Shown here piece after piece: positions 1-14,404 of a stretch of DNA of 64,000 bases (its first letter is position 1; each line of letters begins with the position of its first letter). The stretch spans positions 24,864,001 to 24,928,000 of the forward strand of contig CM052816.1 in NCBI GenBank assembly GCA_028534125.1. The letters are read 5' to 3'. The position numbers and the translations under genes are program-made. The notes beneath the pieces were generated by a model that was not told the DNA's origin, ran no database searches, and was given only the letters and a program-made list of their open reading frames with translations. Source of the stretch: Lama glama. Its lineage: Eukaryota.

Positions 1-372
1 AGTTCTTTTAAAAACATTCTTAACGCTTTCTAGATATTGTCACTTTCCAGCTGACAACATTCCCTCAAGATTGATAGATGGCATGCTGTTCATTTTCCAG
101 ATAAAGATGTTGTCATACCGAGGAAGTTATTTGAGCACACAAAAGCATGTTTAAACTGCATGTCAGTATTCAGTTCTGGACTAGTTGCTTTCCTGTTCAT
201 ATCCAACTGATGTTATTGGAGCATTACACTACCACAAGGGTGCAGTCCCCCTGCACCAGCATAATTTAAATTGCATCTCCCTCTCTTTTCCGAACTGATA
301 CCCCTGCGTCTATTCAAAGATTTATAAAGTTCCTCTCAAAAAATCCTTGGCTGAGGCAGACTTTATTTAATA

Positions 373-999
373 CAGTCTGTTCTTGTTATTTGCAGTAGTT
401 TTGTTCTAGACAGTCCTGTGTAAACACTGCGTTAACCAATACTGAATTATTGCTTCTAGTGGAAATACAGGGTTAGGTTCCTGCAAGCCTTTAGTCTCAT
501 TTTCACCAACTGATCACTGTATAACTTTATGTGTGTTTCTGTTCAAAGGCACAATATTTAATATATATTTTTGATTCGTTAACATTGAACTCATGGCCAA
601 CAGCCATGCCTGAAGAAAGTATATCCACCATGTGTAGTTTTCTCTTTAAGACATATCACAGCCTTCATGTACTTAGGAACCCTAGACAGCATGTCAGACT
701 ATGCTTGGGAGCAATTTTAAACAGTGGACTCACCAGTGAAAAGCACAAAAATGAGGAAGTGGAGGCACTAAATAGATAATGAAAATGACACTTGTTTACA
801 ACACGAGAGCTGAAACAAGAAGGAAGAGATTCGTCTTACTCAGCCTCAGCTGGGAATGGGCACTTTGACTTAAATTTCTCACTGCTCTGTACATGTCTGC
901 AAATGACTGAAAATACCTCTATGACTGATTTTGAGGTTACAGATACATTTTAGCAAGTAAATGGCAAATATAGAATCTGCGAAGAACAAAGATCAGCTG
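373..999 (+). mobile_element. MER82-like non-autonomous TcMar-Tigger DNA transposon, near full length
   Basis: Flanked by TA at 371-372 and 1000-1001. Imperfect TIRs (cagtctgttcttgttatttgcag vs reverse complement of the right end cagctgatctttgttcttcgcag). Internal 'ggaaatacagggttaggttcctg' matches recalled MER82 consensus. Confidence 0.8.
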
Positions 1000-1069
1000 T
1001 ATTCAGTGATATGGAAAATAGCATAATCAAAGCAGTGGAAACCACTTATATTAGATTTATATCCATTCC

Positions 1070-1345
1070 TATTTTTTTTACATGTAAGATTGTATTACTT
1101 TTAGGTGAACAACATGATGATTTGATATATATATATAGTGAAATGATCACCAAAATAAGTTTAGTTAACGTCTATCACCACATGTAGTTACAGATATTTT
1201 TTTCTTGTGATGAGAACTTTTAGGGTTTACTCTTAGTAACATTCAAGTGTACAATACAGTATTGTTAACTATAGTTACCATGCTGTACCTTACATCCCCA
1301 GGACTTATTTATCTTATAGTTGGAAATTTGTATCTTTTGACCACC
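1070..1345 (-). mobile_element. L1 3' end fragment (L1MA9-like)
   Basis: T-run followed by typical L1MA 3'UTR text 'tacaatacagtattgttaactatagttaccatgctgtac...ggacttatttatcttatagttggaaatttgta'. Confidence 0.75.
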
Positions 1346-1964
1346 TAATCATATTTTTAAAAGAGTATATTAGCTATTTCATCACTTGCCGAATCACCCC
1401 TCTTCTCCTTTCCAAATTTCCTGCTCCAACCTTCCTCCCTAGACTTTGCCTGTATACCCTGCATCAATTCCATATTCTTTCTTTCCACCTTTCACTAGAC
1501 AAATTGAAATTCTTCAGCAATTCTTTTGAGGTCCTTCTGGCTGTAAGCTCTGTTGGATTCCTGGCCTCTAGCTTGTATTCTGATATGCAGAGCGATGGTT
1601 ACTACTGCCATTCTTCACAGCGAAAGCTTTGTTGTAGAATGTGCTGTGGAAGTTTGTGCCAGTGTCTTCCAGTGCCTTTCCATCATCTACGCTGGTATTT
1701 CCTTGAAATGTGGGGTCCTAGTTCTCAGTCCAGGCAGCTAGAATATTCCACCCATACTGTCTTTGGTATTTCATAAATGCTAAAAAAAAAAACAAATCAA
1801 TCAAACCTCAACTTTGAATTTCAACACAGACTTTTTGTGCCAGTGGTGGAAACAAGAGCTTTGAGAGAGAAGGTAATTCATTTATTTTTCGATACATAGT
1901 AGACTAGTTTGGGGGCAGCTTCCATACTTTGAAGTCCACAGCAACATTAGTTGTGTTATGTCCT

Positions 1965-2780
1965 AAACTGGACACAACCCAAATTGTGTTATATTTGTTT
2001 ACTAGACTCCCATCCACCATGGAAAGTAAGCAAATTACATATAAAAATATGAATGAAACTCATTGTCATACTACAGAATGGAAGAAGCCAACATAGTAGC
2101 ATACATACTGATAGTTTCCTTTATAAAATTTTTTTTTAAAAAATGCAAAACCATGATGTTAGAAGTCAGGATAGTGAACATTGGGCACAGGAGGGAAGTG
2201 ACTGTGAGCGGGGCAAGGAGCTTGTATTCTGTTTTTTTTTTGTTGTTGTTGTTTTTGTCTGGGTGGACAAAATAGATGTGTTCACTGTGAAAAAATACAT
2301 TAAGCTACATACAGTTATAATGGGAGCTCTTTTCTGAATATATACTCAATGAAATAGTCCTAAATTCACCATGAATGGTGTGAGCCTATTAATATAAAAT
2401 ATATTTTTATGATATGGTGGGTGAATAGATTAAAAAATGGATTTAGAGCTATAGCTGCTGATCTGTAAGGATATCCAAATTACATTGTTAAGTGAAAGAA
2501 GTTAAGTTGTAAGGTATGTATATACTTGTTCTTCTAGTCTGGTAAAACAAACAAATGAATAAATTACCTACATATGTGTATATGTTTATGTGTACATGAG
2601 CCGGGGAAAAGGCAAATAATATACACCAGATGTTAATGTTGGTTACCCTAGGAGGTGATGATTAGTACTGCCTTCTTTTTGTATCTTCTGTTATATTATT
2701 TGACTTGTTACAGTAAGCAGGTATTAATCTTAGAATTTGAAAAACATAAAGAAATGGGAATATTTTATAAAGAAAAAAAT
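1965..2780 (+). mobile_element. Old L1M (L1MC/ME-type) 3'UTR fragments
   Basis: Degenerate motifs 'gttagaagtcaggatagtg', 'gtgttcactgtgaaaaaatacattaagctacatac', 'acattgttaagtgaaa'. Confidence 0.5.
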
Positions 2781-4079
2781 GAATTGAAGTCTGAACTAAA
2801 CAAATGTACATAAGAATACGTAGATCTACCAGAGGGAAATGTTCCCACTTGACAAAAATAAATGAAAATCTCAAGAGTTGTGAAGAAGAAATAGAAGTCA
2901 GAGAGGAAGCAAGAGAGTGCAATTCTAGGGGATGAAGAAGTGAACGGATGAAGTGTAGTTCAGCTTCATTGGTCATATCAGAGTGTACCCAAATCTCATC
3001 AGTTCTCACCTGCCTTGTACATAAAACCAAGCCACATTGGCATAAATAGCTCTTGTTCTTGTCACTTACTGTTAATGCAACTTTTATGTCCCTTGCAAAT
3101 ACCCTCAACTATTTCTGTGTTACAATTATTGTATCATAGGAACTCACAAACCCATTGGTACCCCTCAGTCCCCACAACACCTCATGGAAGAAACTCCATC
3201 AGCCCTACCCCTGTCTCCTCTCTCCACCAACTACAATACAGGCAAAGGCCCACAGTGCGCTCGCTCCTTGTCTGTGTGTCCTCTCCATGGTCCCCATGTC
3301 AGCTTCATGCCTCAGGAATAGAACAAAATAAATATTAAAGAATTTTTAAAGGAAGTCTCCATATATGACAACACATGTAAATAAATGTCCCTGAGGATCA
3401 CCAACACCACCTTCTGTATCAGCTGAGCTCTGCCTGCAGGGCTGGGCTCAGGCAGAATGTACCTCTGCGGATGCTGCCTGTGGGAACCCAGGAGCCACGG
3501 GATCAAGATGCTTGGTCCGCAGCCTTACAGTTTAGCCTGTGCCTGACTACAGTTATTTACAGATTTTCTTTGACCTTTATATTTTTCTGTTAATCATGCT
3601 TGCAGGCCACAGTGGCAGGCTATTTTGAAGTTTCCCTGCCTGCCATATCACTACATCATGAAGTCTGTGCATCTTCCTGGCCTTCTTTCATGGGTCCTTT
3701 AGAAACGATGATCTCAGTCTAATCTCTAGGCAATGCTGCTTCTTCATTTTCTCATTCCCAGGCTCACATTTTTGTTTTTTTGTTTATTAATTAATTTACT
3801 TGTGTCTGAGGTACAGCTGTTCAAATGTTCCGTCAGTTCTTATATTTCTGCTTTTCCCCTTTAAGCTAGCATCATCAAAACACAGAGCCAAATAAAAGGT
3901 TTGTTTTCGACCCACCTCAGTCAATTTTATCCAGTTACAATTAGCCCATGAGCATTAAAGCATGGAAGAAATCGACACCCCCCCCCCCCGTTGCCAGTAT
4001 AACCCTTACACTGTATGAGAACATGAGCAGTAGATTAGCACAGTGTTTTTGCAACTGCCCATCAGCTCAGACATGCCCC

Positions 4080-4370
4080 TCTGTATTGTGAGCTCTCTGA
4101 AGGCAGGCTTTGGTTGGGTCCCATCAATTCTGAATCTGCAGCGCCCAGAGCAACGTGTGAAACAGTGGGCACACTAGATATAGGATTAACTCATCAAGTA
4201 CCAGTATGTCTTCAACATTGTGCTGCATTATGAAGATGTAAAAGTGAATAAAACAGAGTAAGTTAACTCAGTCTAGTAAAGAAAAAAAGACAAGCAAGCA
4301 ATTATAATTAAGTGGGAAAAGTGGTATAATGCAGACATATGAAATTGCTAGGGGGCCAAATATGAGGGAA
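4080..4370. mobile_element. Two short L2 3'-end fragments, tail to tail
   Basis: 'tgtgagctctctgaaggcagg...gcgcccagagcaacgtg' (+) then 'tcaagtaccagtatgt...gtgaataaaacag...cagtctagt' (-). Highly diverged. Confidence 0.4.
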
Positions 4371-6699
4371 TTAATTAGCCAGAGACACTTTATGATGTTT
4401 ATGATCCTGAACACCCAATATTTAACACTGAATCTTGGCCTCATGTCTGTAGGCTAACCCTCCTGCAAAGCTCCCAGTCCCTCTTTAAAGAGGGTTGTAT
4501 TTTGTCACAAACCTGTAGAACTGATTGACTGGCACAAACTTGACTGTTAAATAAATCAGTGTCTGTGTGTGCCTCTAGTCAGTCTCTAGTTTGGCATATA
4601 GGCCTTGAATTATTCACTCGGTTCATGCTACAGCTTGATTCATTTCATTCTACATATGCTTTCCAGAGGAAGACAAATGAAATGGGGGTGAGTGTGCACT
4701 TAAGAACGGTCCTGCCTCCACATCTGATCTCATTCAAGCTCATTCTTCCTGCCCTTTGTTTCTGCTAAAATTATCTGTAAGAACATCTCTTTAAAATCTT
4801 GCCATCACAACCATTTAGGTAAAAGCAAAGGGCAGAAATCAGAGCTTGAGCTTCACAGAATGCTCTGTTCATGGATTACAAATCTTTGTTACCTCCTAGA
4901 AGAATTTAGCTATCCTATAACATGTGAAAAGAGTAACTGCTAAGCATATGTATATAAGAAAGTGATATCGCTTGAAGGGATGGTAAATGTTCATAATCCT
5001 TTTACTCCCTAAGATAGAAAGAGATCTCTTCCATTCCTGACTATGTCAGGTCCTAAAATTTAAGGAGAAAATAACCACAATAAATTGCAAACTTAATCAA
5101 TTATTAAGGCAGATTAATGCTGCATCCCACAATGTTGTCAAAAAACCCAGATGTGTCATATTTGAGTTGCATTTTCATTATGTGCACATACTTGGCTTTG
5201 AGCAGAATTATATGAGTTGGATTAATTTTTTACATGGCCCTCCAGCAGTTCTGTGCAGAGCCATATGGGAGATGTTTGGTTCTCATCAGCTCCCTTCTCC
5301 CCTTCCTCCCACTCATTGCTTTAAACAGAGCTTTCATTCTCTTTAACTATCTGCAGGTTTTATTCTGTTCAGAGAGAAGAGCCACAAAATATTATGACCT
5401 CTAAGTGATGGGCTGTGAGACAGGGTCTCTCTCCAAAGCCAGCCCACAGCGGTGCATTGATCGCACGTGTCTGTGGCCTGGTGTAGGCTGTGTGCAGGGC
5501 TGGTTACTGTCTGTTCTCTTTCATCTCACTGGGAGAATACTTACAGCATGGTTTGCTTTTCTCTTGTGGTCCATAAGGAAGTGGAAGGATTCAGTTTTCA
5601 GCCCTGTTATTATGGTGATTTTTTGCTAAACTTGAAATTCACTTTTCAAAGAGGGTGGATGTTTTATGTGGGGAATGATTGTTAGGAGATTTTCTGAGAT
5701 TTAACTTCAACAGTAACGCTTTATAGTAATATCAAGGCTTCCCTGTAAAGATTTCTAACACATCAATGTGATTATTTGCTAACCACTCTGCAGCAGAGGG
5801 AAGTGGCAAATATCAGTGACTTTCTATGATGAAGGAGCTCAAAGTGGCGAGGTGGTAGAATGCCAGACAGCATTTGAACTTATGTTTTCTTCCTGCTCAG
5901 AATCTTTCTTCCTTCTTTGTCTAGCCCATCTGGTTTCCTTCATTTCTCTGGGCAGAGGAAACAGTGAGAGAAGTAATACAAAAGTTATGCCTCTCTGAGC
6001 ACTGTAAACACGCGCATTGTGATGGGATCCTGCGTCTGGAGCGTCACTGAGGTCAATTATAAGTTAATACAATACTTTGTAATAACCTGGCACCATTGGT
6101 GTTTTCTACTAGATAGAAATAGAGTCTGTGTCAGGTGAATGGAATTTTAATTCCAATCAACATTCAGTTGTTTGAAAAATGGCGTTATGAGCAAATGCAT
6201 ACTTAAAAGATAGCTGCCACTTAAAGTGCCTTCTGGAACGTAGGTGAATTCCATCAAAGACAGCTTCCCCCATAATAGAGTAGAAGTGCTATATGAGGTT
6301 AAGTGTCACTTAGTATTTTTATTTCACATCCCTGCTCAGCATATTAAGTGGCAGATACTTTCATATAATCCATTTAATCCCTTGGTGAAATTTGAGGACA
6401 GGCTAGAAAGTTCTTTTCCGTTTTTTTTATTAGTCTGTATCTTGCTCAGGTTTAACATCTATTCATGATGGCACCTCATCCCTTGCCTTCCTATTTAAAT
6501 GCTAGAGGTTAACATTTCTTATGGAAATTCTTCTTAACAGAAAGCTTTATTTTGCATAATTACAATCTGGCTCAACCACAATTCATCCAACATTTATTAT
6601 AACATTTAAAGGTCTCAGAAATACCTCTGAGATGTTTTTGCCTCTTTTTTCTTTTTCAACGAACGGAACAATTTTCATGAGTGGTATGCCCAAGTTCTC

Positions 6700-6700
<1 letters not shown>

Positions 6701-6729
<29 letters not shown>
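6701..6729 (+). repeat. (CTGT)n tetranucleotide microsatellite
   Basis: About 7 consecutive ctgt units, read directly. Confidence 0.95.
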
Positions 6730-6732
<3 letters not shown>

Positions 6733-7921
6733 GTTCATAATGGCCCTGGGCAGCTCTGCTCTGATTGTCTAGGTTCTCATTCATCATTTCTCCTCAGCCC
6801 TGACCTGACCTAAGCCTCTTTCAAACTTACTTTGCTTGGAACCCTTGGGCTGAAACCTGCATATATTTCATGATCTACAATGTAGTGATTTATTAGTAGT
6901 AGTTCTCCTCTTGTCCCTACTCATTGAGCAGCATGATGTCTAGTCGACTACACAGATCAGTTGAGTGAAAATTTGAACATTTGTATGGTTACAGTTTATA
7001 GCAAAGACAATGTAACTGACATGTTTTGAATGTTCTGGATGATTATGCATTTTTTGTAATATAGTTGCTCACTGACCAGAGTAATCTTAGAAACTGGAAA
7101 TACAAGAATGTCAATTAAAATAGAAAACAATAGAAAGCCAGGTGATTCTTTTTTCTCATATCTGGTTATTCAGGATAAATAATTCAATTAAATATAAATA
7201 ATGTTAAGTTGTCTGAAGTTAAGAATTATCTTGAAAGTTGCTGATCACTAAGATATGTCTGACACAGATAATTAGGTGTTGTTGGGGATCATGACTTCTT
7301 TTATTAAAATGTTTTATTTCCATTCCAGTTTCTCTAAGAAAAAAAAGTACCGCTCACAGGAATTAAAAAAAATCATTGCTATCCAATTGGTAACACAATT
7401 AGTGTCTAAGAACATCAAATGCTAAATCCAAGCATATTAATTACATCATTAAAGTAGCATTTGGTACACTGCTGAGATACATTAGAATAACAATAACCTT
7501 TCCGTTAATAGGATTCACTACCAGCGTGTAATGCAGAAGTTGCACACAATGAAGATATCCCATTCCACCACCTCATGGCATAAATCAATATAGTCAGAGC
7601 AACAAAGATAGAGTATTTCCATAAAAATGACATTAAACTATTTTGCGTGTGCCTGTGTGGAATGCCACAATTTGAGAGCCAGATAAACTGCTCAAGAGAA
7701 AACAGAGTTGCTTGGTTACATCTGCTGAAAACAATCTGTGCTGGTGTGTGAGAGCTCATGTCAGCCCCGTAATTACCACAACTGAGATAAAGCCTGGGCT
7801 AAATGTCACCTGCCGCTGACACGCACAGGAAGCCAAGCACCACTAAATGAGTCAGTTACTCTGAGAGTGCTTCGCTTCACTTGCAGGCTGAATGCATATG
7901 CCATGAATATTAAAGGAAATA

Positions 7922-7985
<64 letters not shown>
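7922..7985 (+). repeat. Compound (TG)n(TA)n microsatellite
   Basis: TG run 7922-7947 directly followed by TA run 7948-7985. Confidence 0.97.
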
Positions 7986-7988
<3 letters not shown>

Positions 7989-9398
7989 CAGAGACACACA
8001 TAATGAAAACCTCACCCCAAATCCTCACTGCCCACTCAGAAGTACATTGGGTAAGAAGGTTAACAGATGAATCAGGTTGAAGGGGAAAGATTAAACCACT
8101 AATGAGCATTTCTGTGAGACGGGCAGAGCCTTCCACCTCCTACCACAAACTGGTCATTAGTCAGTGCAGTGCAATTTCGCACCGTCTAGAATGAGTCCCC
8201 AAAGACAGCTGAGGTTCATATTGACAACTGGAACAGTTTGCCTGTGTCTGCATTTAAAGCCCAGGGACACAATGTGTATTTTTAAATACCTTAAGTAACA
8301 GGGGGTTTATTGGTGTTTTAATAAATATTTCTGACAAAAGCAGAATTAATCATCTTGGTTTAAAGGAAATGCCCTTTGTCTCTTCTATGTTTTTTCTTTT
8401 ATCACCTCTTTCAAAAATCATTCTCCCCAGTTGTCGTATTATGTTAGCTGCTTTGCGAGGTGATGTGATTACTAAAAGACTCTCCTCACCTGACCACCTA
8501 ATGCTCTCCTGACACTTCGCTGGAGAGCTCTGGTGCCCAGGCAAAGGAAGAAGAGTATAGTGAGCACAACACCCAGAGGCAGGAGTGCAGCCAGAACAAC
8601 TTCTTCAGCATCCACATGGGCCCGGCGATACCAGGATGATGGCTAGCACCTTGCAGAGGGCCTTCATGGCCATCTCTCATGACCTTGCTGAATTTACCAA
8701 GTGCCAGGGTCTGACCTTTGGCTTTCAGCCTCAAAACCCTTAGAATATCACAAGGGGATTCAACTTTTGGGATGCACTCTCTTGAACTAAGCTCACAGTT
8801 AGTTTCAAAAATGAATATTTACAATAATACATGCATACTATAGAGCCTGAGACCATCTAAAATAGACTACACCAGCAGCTGAACTGTTAGAAGAGGTGTC
8901 TTGATGAGTATAGAGCCAGAATCAGTGGGGTTAGATGAACTGAATGTTTAATTGCATCCTTCTCATCCTTGGGATGGTCTTGTCAATGTGACGGGACAGT
9001 TAGAAATCTGCTCACTGTAGCTGCCAGAGTCTGTTTTCACATTAAAGGTGTGCTTGCCCACGAGACCAGAGACTTGGAGCCTATTATTAATCTGTCATTT
9101 ATCGAACTTTTATTAGGAACCAGGCACTTGTCCTAAAGGATTTTGATGCTCTTTTGTTTATTTATTCGTAACAAAGTTATGTGGGGGGAAATACTGTAAT
9201 TATCTTAATTTACAAATAAGCTTACCAAAGGCCACACAATTCAAATAGCATTTGTTTTCATCTTTTACTAGCCACTGGTTAATTGGCCCACACAGGACCC
9301 ACTAATTTTAGACAAATTAAAAAATTATTAGCATAATGTAATAAATGGAATTAAATTTTATAGTTTAAACATTAATAGTAATTTTCTATAATTTAGAG

Positions 9399-9730
9399 AA
9401 AGGGCAGGCAAACTATGGCCCAAGGTCAAATACAACCTGTTGCCTGCTTTTGTAAGACCTGTGAGCGAAGAATGGCTTTTACATTTTTAAATAGTTGCAA
9501 AAAAAGAAAAGGAATGCTATTTCATGATACATGAAAATTATTGGACAGTCAGATTTCTGTGTCCATAAATAAATTTTTATTTGAACATAGCCACACACAT
9601 TTATTTATTTATTGTATATAGTATTTTTGTGTTATGATGGCAGAACTGAGTAGATGCAACAGAAACTATATGACCCACAAAACCTTAGTCAAGTATTTGG
9701 CCCTTTACAGAAAGTACTTTCTGTCCCATG
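9399..9730 (+). mobile_element. MER58B-like hAT-Charlie MITE
   Basis: Starts 'gggcaggcaaactatggcc', contains 'gtgtccataaataaa..ttatttgaacatagccac', ends 'tggccctttacagaaa...'. About 330 bp, as recalled for MER58B. Confidence 0.85.
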
Positions 9731-10689
9731 AGGGATAATATATTCCAAACCTTTAATCAGAGTTTGTCTACTGGGCATGATGACAGTGAGCTTAAAACTC
9801 GAAGTCATATTCCACATTGAGGATAATTTGTTTATTTTTTATTTCTGCTAAATCTAGAAAGCCTAATTTGTAGGAGGCCATTGAAATGGTAACAAGTATT
9901 TGAAAGTTAGAGCAGAAGGTTATGGATATTTAGGTCAAATGTGGACCCAGGAATGATAGAGTGAGTTTCTTCATGGAAACTACATCCGAAACTCTTTCAG
10001 ATGCTCCCAGGGGGAGCGTAGACAAGACCTGGAAGGTTAAGTACTTCTCTGTGGAGATCCATTGGGTGGATACCTGCTTTCAGCTTTGGTTACTTTTAAT
10101 TCTGCAATGTATTTCATTACATTCTGTGTTATTTTTTGGTTATGGTTTTAAAATCTGATCCAAAATTCATCATAAATTGTTTCTCCAATGAATGAAAAAA
10201 TAGTCACATAGGAAAAACCAGGTTCTTGGAGATGGAGCCATTTGTAGCCCTGTTTGGTCTTGATAAAAAAAATTCTGTATTTTTCAGTCCTGAAATGTAG
10301 GTTCCGCCCATGCCGTATACTTAACAGATTGCTGAGAGCTGCTGTTCGAGTAAGCTGCTTAACATAATAGAAAGAGCATTTATGCACATTATCAATTATG
10401 TAAAGAAATGTTATCACATCTGTTATTTCAAAAATTCATTTGAGAATCTTTCCATCATCTTTCTTGGAAAGTTCATTCAATTTCATTGGGAAAAACAGCT
10501 TTGTATACGTGACGCATTTCTTCACAAGTCTAAAAGTATAGGTACCTGGTGATTGCAGTGTCATTGTATCAATAAATTTTGCTGTTTCTCTCAACACTTA
10601 AATCAACAGGCAAATTGTATCAAAATTTAATATAAATTATATAGGTAATAGGCAAATATATTATTTAAAAAATATCCAACACTAGAAAT

Positions 10690-11640
10690 AAATTTAAAGT
10701 ATCCCTTAACTGCTATATACGTTTCCATTCTCTTCTCTAGAAGCAGTCATCTTATCAACTCAATGTATAGTTTTCTTAACTTCTTAGATGAATTCACAGA
10801 TTGAAATTTTTTGTGTAGTATATATGATTTTAGCACAAGTATTTTGTTGTTTTGTAGTCTGCCTTTTTCACTCAATAGCATTATTTCTTACTGTTTAATG
10901 CTACCAAACATGTCCTATAATGTAGTATTTGCTATTTCTCCTATTAAATAAAACATTGAGATTGATTTCAGTATTTTGCTATTACAAACACTGCTGTAAT
11001 AAACATCCTTGTTTACATCCCTTGTGCATATGAATCAGTTTTTCACAAGAGCTGATAACAAAAAGCAGATTTTTTGGAAGTTGGCACATTTTAAATTTTA
11101 ATAAATACTATCAAATTGGCCTTCAAAATATCGTACATATTTACATTATTGTGAGAATAATGTGAGCGTCCCCATTCCCTATATCCTTGACAACATTTTA
11201 AGTTTTGCAAAGTAGTAGATGAAAAATATTATAAAAGTATAAAAGTATACTGTTGCTGTATTATTTTGTTTTTAAGGAGATTAAGCATCTTTTATGTGCT
11301 TTATTAATATTTGGAATTTTTCTCTTTTCTGAATTGCCTGCTGATTTATTTTTCCCATTTTTCCAGTTGGGCTCATTATTCTTTACTCATGAACTTTGTA
11401 TATTTTCAATTTTTTAAATGGAAAATATTAGTTTTCCAATCAGCAAGTCCCTAAACATAATGGTATGTCTCATATCAAAACGAAGTTTTAATTTTGTTGT
11501 CACTTTATATTTGCTCAGACATATTTTAATTTTTAATTGTATACAGCATGAGATATTTTCTACTATATTTTGTTTCTGCTTATTGCTAGTGTAAGTACAA
11601 ATCTAGCTTTTTTTATGGTAAGACAGTGTCCATATACTTT
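10690..11640 (-). mobile_element. Old L1M (L1ME-type) fragment
   Basis: 'ttttgctattacaaacactgctgtaataaacatccttgt', 'cccattccctatatccttgacaaca', T-rich composition. Confidence 0.65.
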
Positions 11641-11659
11641 TATATTTAAGGGATGATCA

Positions 11660-12040
11660 GCTTCAGGCTTAGCGAGAGAAATGGGCATAGGCTTATCTAA
11701 TTGGATGTTCTTACCCAGGACCTTGACTCTTGAGGGAATGATTCAAACATTTAAGGAAAGTTCAGGAGTTTGTAAAGGAAGCAGCAAGTTCAAGCAGCTA
11801 CACTGCTGCGTGTCAGGTGGTGGCTCTGCCAGAGGCATTGCTGTGATTATTTTATGTTACCTTGGCTATGTTCCCCATCTAGCCTTCCTTAGACACTACA
11901 CTGCCTGCCATTTAAGCCTGTGTTTTTCAGGCATCCCACTGATCCCATGACCTACTTGTTATCCTTAAAACAAATTCCTTTTCTATTTGAATTCACCAGA
12001 GTTTGTTCTCTTTCTTGCAATCAAGAGCGCTGGATGGATA
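11660..12040 (+). mobile_element. ERVL LTR (LTR33-like), 5' LTR of a decayed provirus
   Basis: 3' end 'aaattccttttctatttgaattcaccagagtttgttctctttcttgcaatcaagagcgctggatggata' resembles LTR33-type ends. Followed directly by 'gattttggtac', the usual ERVL/MaLR internal start. Confidence 0.65.
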
Positions 12041-13250
12041 GATTTTGGTACATGGATTTTAGGTAGAAGTCCCTCAGGAAAATGAGGCAATAGAGAATCT
12101 GGGATTGGCCTTCTGTTCTGGTTTTGGTCAGGATCATGAAAACCCATTAATGTCCTGTGATGATGCTGTGGAAGCCCTTTTTGTAGTGGCCAAGAAGTTA
12201 ATTAAATTATCATCAGCAGTCACCTTGAGTGAAGTGCTTTCTGAAGTTAAGATTTGGAGTAACCACATTGCTATATAACACTATGAAAAATAATAACTAG
12301 TTCAAATAATGCTGCAAAGCTTAAAGAAGAGTAACCAGACCCAAATCCATAAATTCTTGTCACAGGGATGCACTGAAAATAAGAGATTTTCCATGACTCT
12401 GTCAACAGCAACTTCATATTATTTAGTTACAGAGCTAAGGTGCCTAAACTAAATCAAAGGAAAAATTTGCCTCAGCATATTGCTGAAATACATTGCTATT
12501 TGAGTTACAGCCTCACCAGGTCATTTCTGCGAATGTTAGAGTATTAATTTGATAAGAGTAGTCTTCCACAACTTAGATGAGGATCAATTAGAGTAATTGA
12601 AAGACTGTCCTCCCCAGCTGAGCCTGTATTGATCATTTAAGGACATCTCCCCTTATTTGATGAGGGATACCCTCCCTGCTTGGAGTATCCTCTGTGAGTG
12701 TTACCTTGCAACCATGAGTACAGTTCACCATTTGCCTACTTCCCTCCAAACAACCAATCATGTAGGTGGAGTCAGATCCCAACAGGACCCAGGGGGCCAA
12801 CTGTAAAATCACATCTGGGGAGAAGTGGGAAACTAACAAAACGAAAGAATTGCACTACTTTGGTAGTTTAGGGGAACAAAAATCTAAGGAATATGTTTAG
12901 GGATGAATTTTAAAGTTTCCCATCCAAGATAAGGGAAACATTTTAGATAAGGCTGAATTTAAATGTGCATATACACAGACCAGAGAACTGATTCAAGGAG
13001 CCCTCTGCTCTGCTGGCTGATCCAACACTGGACTCAGTGGTGCCCCTACACTAAAGAAAATTGTCAGAAATGAATTTTTGGAAAGCAAAATATTAAAAAC
13101 CATGGATTTTATTTAGCCATGCTTCAAAGACTCACTGGAAATATATATCAAACATAAGGAGAAGGATACAGGAAGAGGAATTATCTATGTACAGACCTCA
13201 TAGAAAGGAAAGGAGAGTAACTTTTCTTGGGTCAAAGACCTGCTCTGAGG
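12041..13250 (+). mobile_element. ERVL internal region with degenerate gag
   Basis: Frame from 12844 reads KELHYFGSLGEQKSKEYV*G*ILKFPIQDKGNILDKAEF, resembling ERVL gag 'KEL..F..LY.QK.GE.VWEWILRV...G.NI.LD.AEF' with Trp codons decayed to stops. Confidence 0.7.
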
Positions 13251-14331
13251 GTCTAACCTGATATGGCCTAAGGGTTTTTTAAAAATTTCTGTGTAGTTCA
13301 GATGTATTTTAAAAATGATTAAAAAATACTCATTTAGTTGCCTGAGTGGATGTTCAGGTAGGGATTAGAGAAAATATTGAAAAATACAGTAAAAATGTGG
13401 TTTGTTAATAGGGCAAGACTGAAATGAAGACATGAAAAGAAAATGAAAATGGGCAAAAATAAAAGACAAAAGATATAGTTCACCAAATTGGCTTTATATA
13501 ACTTGCTATAATAATCAGCTTTCAGGGACGGAAGAGAGCACATAACGGGCTTCCTTTGTCCCTTCCATCATGAACCACGCAGAAGTACTGGGACAGGTAG
13601 AATTTCCGGTTGCACTGTGGGAAGCACCTTTCTGTCTTGAACACCAGCTTGGCTGCTGTTATTGTTTGACTCAGAAGGAGACCTCATTCTTTTGAGAAAA
13701 AAAAAAAAAAAGGAACTTAGTGCCGATAATGTACCAGGAATTCTGAAGCAAAACTCTTTTCAGTATGTAAATAAGTGAAAATCACTTGCTCTTTGTCATT
13801 CTGTTTCTCTCCATCTTTCATTTCACCCCATGAGGTTCCAGACATACATTTAGCTACTGAAATAACTTGAGCTACAAATAAGTGTGTTTGAAAAAAACCT
13901 CTGTATCTGTGAAAAACAGCTCCCGATAGAATATTAATACATTTATTTAAATTTAAAATCCATTGCTGGTTTTGAAAAGCCTCAAGTTTAGTTACTTTTT
14001 GCTCTTTGACAATGTCTCTATGTTTGAGTCAAATGAAAGAATTGTTCTCTTTGGTCTCTTTGTTTTGAAGGGTAAAGCAATTAAAGAAATGAGTTTTGAG
14101 AAATGAAATGATATGTAAGACATTTTTTGGAGCATATTTAACTACTTAGTAAGTGGTGTGATAAAAACATATCAAAGGTCATTTTGAAATACCACTGTCC
14201 CCCCTTTGCCTGAATAACTCCTAATTATCCTTCAAATTTCAGGTAGTTGTCATTTCTTCCAGAAGTCCTCTAGAAGTCCCAGGAATAGATGCTTCTTCCT
14301 GTCACAGTCCTTCATGTTTTCCTCTCTTACC

Positions 14332-14404
14332 ACACTCATCATCATATTATATTCAAGTTAAGTTTCTACACTCATCATCATATTATATTCAAGTTAAGTT
14401 TCTA
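14332..14404 (+). repeat. Perfect 36-bp tandem duplication (2 copies)
   Basis: acactcatcatcatattatattcaagttaagtttct at 14332-14367 and 14368-14403. Confidence 0.97.

Noticed and set aside
14332..14404. 36-bp repeat as a CRISPR-like array
   Set aside because: Only two abutting copies with no spacer, and the context is mammalian.
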